A DNA stretch of 64,000 nt from Bacteroidaceae bacterium. GTDB lineage: Bacteria; Bacteroidota; Bacteroidia; Bacteroidales; Bacteroidaceae. Location of the stretch: assembly GCA_024398635.1 (NCBI GenBank), contig JAKSIV010000009.1:5426-69425 (forward strand), in the 5' to 3' direction. The notes under the pieces are model-generated. The model saw only the letters and a list, made by a program, of their open reading frames with translations, had not been told where the DNA came from and ran no database searches. Shown one piece after another: positions 11,100 to 18,651 of this stretch (position 1 is its first letter; the number at the start of each line of letters is the position of its first letter). Position numbers and translations under genes: made by a program.

Positions 11100-12662
11100 T
11101 TATCTGTTATTGATCGGATATTCAAAGTCATCAAACATGGCCATTCCGCCATCGGCACTGGTGTTGTAGCAGAACAGGCCTACGCGGGTGCCTTTCCAGA
11201 ATCCGCTTCGCTGGCTGAACTCGGTGCCTACAGGCTGCAGTGAACCGCGGTCCGATCCGGCCAGGAATCGGAATTTGTTGGTCTGGGCATCATATTCAAG
11301 TGCCAGGCAGATGGTATTGCCCACCTCAAAGTCATCGATATAGGTGGTGCGGTAGCCGCCGTCCTGATACAGGCATAGCTTGCCGTCACACTCCGTCACT
11401 CCTATGGCGTAGAATGACTGGCCCATCGATGTCAGGCCGGCGCGGGCATCGGCCAAACGGCTCACATCGACCGTTACCGATATCAGGCTCTTCCAGCCCA
11501 TAATCTTCTGGGTGATGATGTTGTGCGCCATCATAAGGCTGGTGGAGCGCTGGGCCTTGATTGTGAGCCGTCCGGGATTCTCAGTAAGGCTCCAAAAGTC
11601 ATTGTGCGGGTTATGGCAGAACTGCCACTGCGGGCTCAGGGTACTGCTATCAAATGAGTCCGATGTCTGCGTCAGGTGCGGTCCCCGAGATTTCTTAACC
11701 TTGGGCAGGGTCCATGAGGTTACGGGATTGCCTACGCCGTTGCCGTCCAGGTCCACTCCCATAAGCGGCCAGCCGTCCTCCCAGCGCACGGGCTGCAGAT
11801 GCACCACGCGGCCCATGGGGTTGGTCTCCTGGAAATGGTAGAACCACCATTCGCCCTCGGGGGTATCCACCAGTGCGCCCTGATGCGGGCCGTTTATGTT
11901 TGTGGGGCCTTGCTCCAGCACCACCTTGCGTTCATACGGGCCGTACAGGTCCTTGGAGCGGAGCACAGTCTGCCAGCCCTGGCCTACACCGCCCTCGGGT
12001 ATGATAAGATAGTACCAGCCGTCCTTGCGCAGGAATTTGGTGCCCTCGGCCACCGGTCCGGTGTAGATGGTATCACCATCATCCAGAAGTTCACGCCCGT
12101 CGGCACTCATGCGGTGCAGTATGATGGGTCCGGCTCCGTGGGCGCTTCGGCCCAGATAGGCGTTGCCCTTGTCATCCCAAACGGGACAGGGATCCTCCCA
12201 CTTGGGAACATCCTTTACGTGACAGAGAGGCTCCCAGGGACCTTCGGGCTTCTTGGCGCTGGTCATGAACAGGCCCTCATCGGGTGTGCAGAAATAGACC
12301 CAGAATCGGCCGTCGTGATAGCGGATGGAGGGCGCCCATGAGCCGCCGGAGTAGTGTCGGTTTTCATCCCATCCCGGCAGGTCAAAGCGGCTGTAGAGCT
12401 GTGTCAGTAGGGTCCAGTTTACCAGATCATCGGACTCCAGTATCTGCATTCCCAGGAAATGGAAATCGGACGCCACCATGTAATATTTCTTACCTACGCG
12501 GATTACGTCGGGGTCGGAATAATCGGCGTTGAGTACGGGGTTGATGTAGGTGCCGTTACCCTGGTCTCCCCACAGATACTGAACAGGGTTTTGTGCTGTA
12601 GCGGATACGGTTATCAGCGCCGATATGGCCAGAATAGCCGTCCTAATCATTGATTGGAACAT
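11100..12662 (-). CDS. glycoside hydrolase family 43 (beta-xylosidase / alpha-L-arabinofuranosidase type) with a C-terminal ConA-like domain
   Basis: Signal peptide MFQSMIRTAILAISALITVSATAQ, then NPVLNADYSDPDVIRVGKKYYMVASDF (GH43 N-terminal Asp motif). The start is chosen at 12662 (12650 is also possible). The longer track ORF would overlap the divergent gene. Confidence 0.85.
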   Translation of the reverse strand: MFQSMIRTAILAISALITVSATAQNPVQYLWGDQGNGTYINPVLNADYSDPDVIRVGKKYYMVASDFHFLGMQILESDDLVNWTLLTQLYSRFDLPGWDENRHYSGGSWAPSIRYHDGRFWVYFCTPDEGLFMTSAKKPEGPWEPLCHVKDVPKWEDPCPVWDDKGNAYLGRSAHGAGPIILHRMSADGRELLDDGDTIYTGPVAEGTKFLRKDGWYYLIIPEGGVGQGWQTVLRSKDLYGPYERKVVLEQGPTNINGPHQGALVDTPEGEWWFYHFQETNPMGRVVHLQPVRWEDGWPLMGVDLDGNGVGNPVTSWTLPKVKKSRGPHLTQTSDSFDSSTLSPQWQFCHNPHNDFWSLTENPGRLTIKAQRSTSLMMAHNIITQKIMGWKSLISVTVDVSRLADARAGLTSMGQSFYAIGVTECDGKLCLYQDGGYRTTYIDDFEVGNTICLALEYDAQTNKFRFLAGSDRGSLQPVGTEFSQRSGFWKGTRVGLFCYNTSADGGMAMFDDFEYPINNR

Positions 12663-12704
12663 ATGATTGAACTTTCGGTGTATGGCAAATATAGCAAAAA
12701 GCAT

Positions 12705-12712
12705 TAACTTCG
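12705..12712 (+). promoter_or_regulatory. -7-like box TAACTTCG (TTCG variant)
   Basis: Ends 7 nt before the ATG at 12720. Confidence 0.35.
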
Positions 12713-12719
12713 CGGTGCT

Positions 12720-13121
12720 ATGAAAGAGTATCTTTTTACAACCTGTCTTGAGACCCGTGACTACGAATGTGACCTTCAGGGCGTAGTCAACAACGCCAAT
12801 TACCAGCACTATCTGGAGTATACCCGCCACAAATGGCTGCAGAGCCGCGGCCAGTCATTCCAGCAGTGGCATGAGAAGGGCATTGATGCCATGGTATCTG
12901 AGATCAACATCAAATACAAGAGCCCGCTGCACGGCCAGGAGGAGTTCCTGTCATGCCTCAACCTGCACCGTGAGGGCGCCCGTTTCATTTTTGAGCAGGA
13001 CATATACCGCAAGGCCGATATGAAGCTCTGCATCCAGGCAACTGTCACCATAGTAAGCGTGGTAAACGGCCGTCTGAGCAAGGGTGACGAGATTGCGTTC
13101 CTTCTTGAAGATGTTCAATAA
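12720..13121 (+). CDS. acyl-CoA thioesterase, hotdog fold (YbgC/4HBT-like)
   Basis: 133 aa. The motif TRDYECDLQGVVNNANYQHYLEYTRHKWL is typical of 4HBT-type thioesterases. Confidence 0.8.
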   Translation: MKEYLFTTCLETRDYECDLQGVVNNANYQHYLEYTRHKWLQSRGQSFQQWHEKGIDAMVSEINIKYKSPLHGQEEFLSCLNLHREGARFIFEQDIYRKADMKLCIQATVTIVSVVNGRLSKGDEIAFLLEDVQ

Positions 13122-13803
13122 GGCAGATATAACAACCGTCCTGATGGATGTCGATGACACGCTCCTGGATTTCAAGGAGTGCGCCAGAGAGAATGTGCGC
13201 GGGTGCTGCCTAAAGAACGGCATCGAGTACTCGGACAGCATGTTTGATTTCTTCCTTAACCGCAACATTATTCTCTGGAAACGCATTGAGGACGGCCTGC
13301 TTACCGTTGATGAACTGCACCGCACCCGTTGGGCCGGCATATTCCGTGACCTTGGGATTGAGGCCGATGGCCCCGCTTTCGAACTTGATTTCATTGCCGG
13401 ACTGCGCGATACATCGGTCCCGGTGGCCGGTGCGCATGAGGTGATGAAGTATCTCCATGACCGCTACAAGGTCTATGTGGTGAGCAACGCATCCAATCTG
13501 CAGCAGTCCACACGTCTGGGCAAAGCCGGGCTGATGCAGTACGTGGACGGAATTTTCGGCTCACTGGACATCGGCTATAACAAACCGTCACGCGAGTATT
13601 TTGACTATTGTTTCAGCCAGTTGGGTGGCACCCGTCCTGACCAGACCGTAGTAGTGGGTGATTCCCTCAATGCCGATATCAGCGGCGGCCAGGCGTACGG
13701 TCTGCACACTATCTGGTTCAACATCCGCAGCGTGGAGGCATCGGCCACCATCACACCCGACCACACAATCCGCTCACTCAGCGACCTCACCTCACTGCTC
13801 TAA
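13111..13803 (+). CDS. HAD-superfamily hydrolase (YjjG-like nucleotidase type)
   Basis: MFNKADITTVLMDVDDTLLDF contains the DxDxT motif I. VVGDSLNADISG matches motif IV. The ATG at 13111 overlaps the upstream stop by 11 nt. Confidence 0.85.
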   Translation: MFNKADITTVLMDVDDTLLDFKECARENVRGCCLKNGIEYSDSMFDFFLNRNIILWKRIEDGLLTVDELHRTRWAGIFRDLGIEADGPAFELDFIAGLRDTSVPVAGAHEVMKYLHDRYKVYVVSNASNLQQSTRLGKAGLMQYVDGIFGSLDIGYNKPSREYFDYCFSQLGGTRPDQTVVVGDSLNADISGGQAYGLHTIWFNIRSVEASATITPDHTIRSLSDLTSLL

Positions 13804-13948
13804 TCCCGCCAAAGTGTCCCACAAGCACCCCCGCGAGAGCCCTCTCTGGGGCCGATGAGCGTGGGACACACCCCCTAAAATGAGGGTATGTAACACAGTG
13901 AACCCCGCTACAAGCTCTGTGGCGGGGTTCGTTGTGGGACACTTTGGC
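13798..13948. repeat. MITE-like element, copy 2, inverted relative to copy 1
   Basis: Compared base by base with 10426..10576. It is identical as a reverse complement except for the hairpin loop at 13913-13917. Confidence 0.9.
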
Positions 13949-13967
13949 AAGAGAGGGAACGGGCTGA

Positions 13968-14522
13968 TCAGTCAATGATCTTGTACACCACAATCATGAT
14001 AGCTATAGTGAACACCATGATCATTGCCAGTTTTGTTCCGATATTTCTCTTGGTGGGCAATCTGTCCAAGGGAATGGGACTGATGCCACGCTCCTGATTG
14101 TATTTGTCATAACTGGTCCGGATCATATTAAATGTCTCCTGAGCCCGGTCTCCATTCACTCCAAGATTATAACGTGACGGGGCCGATACCTCATCGGACC
14201 ATATAAGCAGCTGTCCTGAAACCATATCAACGTTCCTGACATCGGAATACAAATACTCTATTCTTTTGAAACTGAGAGGTTTTCTTATCTCAAGGCGGTC
14301 GTTACACACAATCATGACCGGTTTGTTTCTCCAGTAGAGGTCCATGACGAATGTAGCCAGGAAGGGGACAACCAGAACCACGGCTATCAGAATATCAATC
14401 ATAGACTGTTCTTTATCAACAAACAGATTCAGTATCGCCACAATCAGAATCAAAAAGGCAGATAACAGACTAGCCCATGTTTTTGATTCATAGTGCTCGT
14501 GTAAAACTCTAATCTGTCCCAT
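13968..14522 (-). CDS. hypothetical membrane protein
   Basis: Three hydrophobic segments. It starts 2 nt after the stop of the small upstream RHH gene. No family recognised. Confidence 0.6.
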   Translation of the reverse strand: MGQIRVLHEHYESKTWASLLSAFLILIVAILNLFVDKEQSMIDILIAVVLVVPFLATFVMDLYWRNKPVMIVCNDRLEIRKPLSFKRIEYLYSDVRNVDMVSGQLLIWSDEVSAPSRYNLGVNGDRAQETFNMIRTSYDKYNQERGISPIPLDRLPTKRNIGTKLAMIMVFTIAIMIVVYKIID

Positions 14523-14524
14523 AG

Positions 14525-14689
14525 TTACTGTTTAGGTTTTCGGCCGGCGCGACGCAGGGCATCGGCAATGATCCATTGCAGCTGGCCGTTCACGCTGCGG
14601 AACTCGCTGGCGGCCCATTCTTCAAGGGCCGTCATCGTAGCAGAGTCCACTCTCAGCAGAAAGCTTTTTGAATCAGCGTCTTTAGCCAT
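14525..14689 (-). CDS. small ribbon-helix-helix (Arc/MetJ-like) DNA-binding protein, 54 aa (not in the ORF track)
   Basis: Translated by hand: MAKDADSKSFLLRVDSATMTALEEWAASEFRSVNGQLQWIIADALRRAGRKPKQ. This gives a beta strand (FLLRV) plus two helices, the pattern of Arc-family proteins. It lies between two co-directional genes with gaps of 12 nt and 2 nt. Confidence 0.6.
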   Translation of the reverse strand: MAKDADSKSFLLRVDSATMTALEEWAASEFRSVNGQLQWIIADALRRAGRKPKQ

Positions 14690-14701
14690 CTGAAAGTCTT
14701 T

Positions 14702-15634
14702 TTAGTTATAAAGAGTACCGGCGTTTACCACAGGAGCTGCGGGCTCATCGCCGCACAGAACTACCAGCAGGTTGCTTACCATTGCGGCCTTGCGCTCCTC
14801 GTCCAGTTCAACCACACCGTCTTTCTTAAGGTTGTCAAGAGCCATCTTGACCATCGATACGGCACCCTCCACTATCTTCTCGCGGGCGGCTATGATGGCA
14901 TCGGCCTGCTGGCGGCGCAACATTACGGCTGCAATCTCGGGGGCGTATGCCAGGTAGTTGATACGGGCCTCGACAGCCTCGATTCCGGCTATTGCCAGAC
15001 GGTCGTTCAGGGTCTGCTTGAGTGCCTCGTTGATCTCATCGGCCCCTGAGCGCAGGGTTACGTCGTCGGCCGGGTTGCTGTTCTCATCGTAGTTGTATCG
15101 GCCGGCAACCTGACGCAGGGCTGCATCGGACTGAACCGATACAAAGTTCTCAAACGCCCTCATTGTAGAATTAAGAGTCGTGACACCGCCGGCAGTCTGA
15201 CCGATTGTCTGTGAATCTATCTCAAACAGAGCCTTGTAAACGTCCTTGATCTTCCAAACCATTACCAGACCAATCATGATGGGGTTACCGCTCTTGTCGT
15301 TAACCTTGATGGCCTCGGCGTTGAGGTTGCGGGCGCGCAGGGAGATTTTCTTCTTTGTGTAGAACGGGTTTACAATCCACCAGAAACCGTTCTCACGCAG
15401 GGTACCTTTATATTTACCGAAGAACACCATTGCGCGGGCCACGTTGGGCTCCAGCTGGACAAGTCCGCATGAGATCAGAATAATTACCAATAACAGAACA
15501 GGAGTGATGATTCCTGAATAAGAGAGCAGATAAACGTTTGTAAGAGCAATACCGGCAATACAAGCAAGAAGCAAAAGCAGTCCTATAAAACCGCTTACCT
15601 TAGTTCCTTTGAATTCAAATTCCTTTGTTTCCAT
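14702..15634 (-). CDS. SPFH / band-7 domain membrane protein
   Basis: Two N-terminal TM segments, then a core typical of SPFH proteins ([33 protein letters not shown]...SLRARNL). Confidence 0.85.
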   Translation of the reverse strand: METKEFEFKGTKVSGFIGLLLLLACIAGIALTNVYLLSYSGIITPVLLLVIILISCGLVQLEPNVARAMVFFGKYKGTLRENGFWWIVNPFYTKKKISLRARNLNAEAIKVNDKSGNPIMIGLVMVWKIKDVYKALFEIDSQTIGQTAGGVTTLNSTMRAFENFVSVQSDAALRQVAGRYNYDENSNPADDVTLRSGADEINEALKQTLNDRLAIAGIEAVEARINYLAYAPEIAAVMLRRQQADAIIAAREKIVEGAVSMVKMALDNLKKDGVVELDEERKAAMVSNLLVVLCGDEPAAPVVNAGTLYN

Positions 15635-15660
15635 AATCTATTATTGTTTTAATGTTGTTT

Positions 15661-15679
15661 TGATATCATTTTGATATCG
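15661..15679. promoter_or_regulatory. tandem TGATATC repeats (TGATATCATTTTGATATCG), candidate operator
   Basis: Two GATATC palindromes 11 nt apart, 27-45 nt upstream of the SPFH start codon. Confidence 0.3.
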
Positions 15680-15732
15680 TAAATGTAAGCACCTATTTTC
15701 TACCCGCCAAGCGTTTAGCGAATTTTAACAAT

Positions 15733-15763
15733 TGACACAAAGGGGTCGTTTAAGAATGCGTCA
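15733..15763. repeat. short palindromic element of the TGACRCAAAGGGG family
   Basis: TGACACAAAGGGGTCGTTTAAGAATGCGTCA closely resembles the reverse complement of 18591..18623. Confidence 0.7.
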
Positions 15764-15776
15764 CTTTATATAAATA

Positions 15777-16757
15777 TCAATTCAACCTGAAATTCACAGG
15801 AATTGTGTACATTACTCTAACCGGCTCACCATCCAGCCTGCCGGGCTCCCATACCGGCATTTCCGAGATTACCCTCAAAGCCTCATAATCAAGGGCCTCA
15901 TGAACCCCTCTGACCACTCTGGGAGCCTCAATCGAGCCATCCTTATTAATAATGAAAGATACCAGCACACGCCCCTGAATGCGGTTCTCACGGCAAATCT
16001 GCGGATATTTTATGTTTGCCCTGAGATATTCCAATAACACATTATTACCACCCGGGTATTGAGGCATCTCCTGCACATTGACATAAACCGCATCAACATC
16101 GGCAAGGCCGGATTTACCACCCTGCTGTGCCTTCTCCAATGATATCTGCCTTTGTATTTTGTTTATTTGGGCTGATGCTTCCCTTACACCGCCGGCCGAT
16201 GCCTTCCTGGAATACATCAACGCCTGTTCCAGATCTTTCTCAACTCCTATACCGTTGGCCAGCATATCGGCCAGGTTATATTGGGCCGATGCATCATTAT
16301 TATCGGCCGCTTTACGATACCATTTTACAGCCTCCACAAAACTCTGGTCAACTCCCAACCCTTCATCGTAAAAGTACGCAAGGCTGTTCTGCGCCATCAC
16401 AACGTTCTTATCGGCCGCCTTCCGGTACCAATGTGCGGCAACGGCATAATCCTTCTCTACTCCGTTTCCATTCTCATACATGTGGGCCAGGATGCACTCC
16501 GCATCCGCATTCTGGAGTTCGGCCGCTTGGGTGAGCAGATCCAGAGCCTTCTCAAAATTGCGGGTATATCCGCCCTTTCCGGTATAATAGCCTATACCCC
16601 TGGTTGCCAATTCCTTGGCACGGGCAATATCTTCGGCACTCAACTGGCGTTCTACAGTGACAAGGACGGTATCACCTGTAGCAGCATTTTCAATCTCTTG
16701 CGAATGGCATACAACTGTAGGCAATGCAAACAGTGCAAAAACAAAGGTTCTTCTCAT
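15777..16757 (-). CDS. exported Sel1-repeat protein with a C-terminal TonB-C domain
   Basis: Start placed at the ATG at 16757, giving the signal peptide MRRTFVFALFALPTVVCHSQ. Four to five Sel1 repeats (AHMYENGNGVEKDYAVAAHWYRKAADKN and others). The C-terminus (EMPQYPGGNNVLLEYLRANIKYP...GRVLVSFIINKDGS) is typical of TonB_C. Confidence 0.8.
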   Translation of the reverse strand: MRRTFVFALFALPTVVCHSQEIENAATGDTVLVTVERQLSAEDIARAKELATRGIGYYTGKGGYTRNFEKALDLLTQAAELQNADAECILAHMYENGNGVEKDYAVAAHWYRKAADKNVVMAQNSLAYFYDEGLGVDQSFVEAVKWYRKAADNNDASAQYNLADMLANGIGVEKDLEQALMYSRKASAGGVREASAQINKIQRQISLEKAQQGGKSGLADVDAVYVNVQEMPQYPGGNNVLLEYLRANIKYPQICRENRIQGRVLVSFIINKDGSIEAPRVVRGVHEALDYEALRVISEMPVWEPGRLDGEPVRVMYTIPVNFRLN

Positions 16758-16804
16758 AATTATTATGCTTAATCCACAAATATAGTTTTTTTTCGGCAAT
16801 GTAC

Positions 16805-16812
16805 TATCTTTG
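16805..16812 (+). promoter_or_regulatory. -7 box TATCTTTG
   Basis: Perfect TAnnTTTG match, ending 9 nt before the ATG at 16822. Confidence 0.5.
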
Positions 16813-16821
16813 CAGACCGAT

Positions 16822-18594
16822 ATGGAGAGTTTTCTGCAGATAGACGGACTGTGCAAGTCATTCGGCGACCGCGTGATTTTTGACGGCCTCTCGCTCAACA
16901 TAAACCAGGGCGAGAAGGTGGGTCTGATAGCACGCAACGGCCAGGGCAAGAGCACCCTGCTGGACGTGATTGCCGGTAAGGCCGATTACCGCAGCGGCAC
17001 CATCACATTCCGCCGTGACATCCGCACCGCCTATCTGGTGCAGACCCCCGTATTCCCCAAGGGCGCAAACGTGCTTACCGCCTGTTGTCCGGAGTCCGAT
17101 GAGGACAAGCTGCTGCGTGCCCGCCAGCTGCTCACCAAACTGGGCGTACCCGATTTTGACAAACCCATAGACCAGCTCTCAGGAGGTCAGGCCAAGCGTG
17201 TTGCATTGGCGCAGGCGCTGATGCAGGAACCCGATTTCCTGATACTGGACGAGCCCACCAACCACCTTGACGTAGAGGTGACCGAGTGGCTCGAGGACTA
17301 CCTGACAGCCAGCCGCCTTACCCTGTTTATGGTCACTCATGACCGATACCTGTTGGACCGCGTTTGCAACCGCATCATAGAGATTGATGATTTCCGCGCC
17401 TACTCCTATCAGGGCAACTACAGCTACTATCTGGAAAAGCGTCAGGAGCGTCTGGATGCCGAGTCATCGCAGCGCGAGAGTGACCTGAACCTGTACCGCC
17501 GCGAACTGGACTGGATGCGCCGAATGCCCTGCGCCCGCGGAGGCAAGGCCCGCTATCGCAAGGAGTCATTCCATCAGCTTGAGGAGCGCCTGCAGCACCG
17601 CCGTGACGAGCAGAGCGTGGCCCTGGATGTCAAGGCATCATACATCGGTAAAAAGATATTTGATATTGAGCACCTTAGCAAGTCGTTCGATGACAAGATA
17701 ATTCTCAAGGATTTCAGCTACATCTTTACCCGCTACGAGAAACTGGGTATAATAGGTGAGAACGGCGTGGGCAAATCCACTTTCCTAAAGCTGCTTTTGG
17801 GCATTGAGCAGCCCGACAGCGGTGTCATCGGCCGCGGAACAACATTAAAAATAGGATATTACTCGCAGGAGGGGCTCAAATTCCCCGAGGATGCCAAGGT
17901 GATTGACGTGGTGACCGCCATTGCCGACCATATAGTCCTGGATGACGGGCGCCGCATGTCGGCCGGTCAGTTCCTGCAGAAATTCCTCTTTACGCCCAAG
18001 ACGCAGTACAGTTACGTGAGCAAGCTGAGCGGAGGCGAGCGCCGCAGATTATATCTCTGCACCATCCTGATGCAGAGTCCCAATTTCCTTATCCTTGATG
18101 AGCCCACCAATGATTTGGACATCATGACGCTCCAGGTGCTCGAGGAGTACATTGCACAGTTCAAGGGATGCGTGATTGTGGTGTCGCATGACCGATACTT
18201 CATGGACAAGATTGCAGAGCATCTGCTGGTGTTTGAGGGCGACGGCAAGGTTACCAACTTCCCCTCATCGTACAGCGACTACATGGAGTACAAGGTGCTC
18301 AAGGAGGATGAGGAGAGAGCCGCCACAGCCAAGAGCAAGCCAGCCGCTCCCGCTCAGCAACCTGCAGCAACCGCCAATCGGCCTGTAAAACTCACATTCA
18401 AGGAGAAACGCGAGATGGAGCAGATTGAGCAGGAACTCCAGCAATTGGAGGAGGAGAAAGCCCAGCTTGAACAGGAACTGAACAGCGGCACCCTCCCCTA
18501 CGACCAGCTGCAGCAAAAGTCCGCTCGCATCGGCCAAATCCTTGACCGCACCGACGCCATCACCATGCGTTGGCTCGAGCTGAGCGAGAAGTGA
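16822..18594 (+). CDS. ABC-F family ATPase (Uup/EttA-like), two ABC cassettes plus a C-terminal coiled coil
   Basis: Walker A GQGKST and GVGKST, signature LSGGQ and LSGGE, no TM domain. The track start at 16810 is TTG, so the first ATG is used. Confidence 0.9.
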   Translation: MESFLQIDGLCKSFGDRVIFDGLSLNINQGEKVGLIARNGQGKSTLLDVIAGKADYRSGTITFRRDIRTAYLVQTPVFPKGANVLTACCPESDEDKLLRARQLLTKLGVPDFDKPIDQLSGGQAKRVALAQALMQEPDFLILDEPTNHLDVEVTEWLEDYLTASRLTLFMVTHDRYLLDRVCNRIIEIDDFRAYSYQGNYSYYLEKRQERLDAESSQRESDLNLYRRELDWMRRMPCARGGKARYRKESFHQLEERLQHRRDEQSVALDVKASYIGKKIFDIEHLSKSFDDKIILKDFSYIFTRYEKLGIIGENGVGKSTFLKLLLGIEQPDSGVIGRGTTLKIGYYSQEGLKFPEDAKVIDVVTAIADHIVLDDGRRMSAGQFLQKFLFTPKTQYSYVSKLSGGERRRLYLCTILMQSPNFLILDEPTNDLDIMTLQVLEEYIAQFKGCVIVVSHDRYFMDKIAEHLLVFEGDGKVTNFPSSYSDYMEYKVLKEDEERAATAKSKPAAPAQQPAATANRPVKLTFKEKREMEQIEQELQQLEEEKAQLEQELNSGTLPYDQLQQKSARIGQILDRTDAITMRWLELSEK

Positions 18595-18623
18595 CGCAAA
18601 ACGAAACGACCCCTTTGCGTCAC
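18591..18623. repeat. hairpin element GTGACGCAAA-N13-TTTGCGTCAC
   Basis: 10-bp perfect arms. The TGA stop of the ABC-F gene (18592-18594) lies inside the left arm. Confidence 0.8.
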
Positions 18624-18639
18624 TTTGCATCATTTTTCA

Positions 18640-18647
18640 TATATTCG
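18640..18647 (+). promoter_or_regulatory. -7-like box TATATTCG
   Basis: Ends 4 nt before the ATG at 18652. Confidence 0.35.
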
Positions 18648-18651
18648 CAGT

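Noticed and set aside
12663-12830. Longer version of the GH43 ORF starting at 12830 (MAGILQIV...).
   Set aside because: The extension precedes an obvious signal peptide and overlaps the divergent thioesterase gene and its promoter box. The start at 12662 (or 12650) is far more plausible.
10426-13948. Composite transposon or genomic island bounded by the inverted repeats.
   Set aside because: No transposase, integrase or recombinase is present, and I could not recognise target-site duplications. The enclosed genes look like ordinary metabolic genes. It is kept only as a repeat-bracketed, possibly invertible segment.
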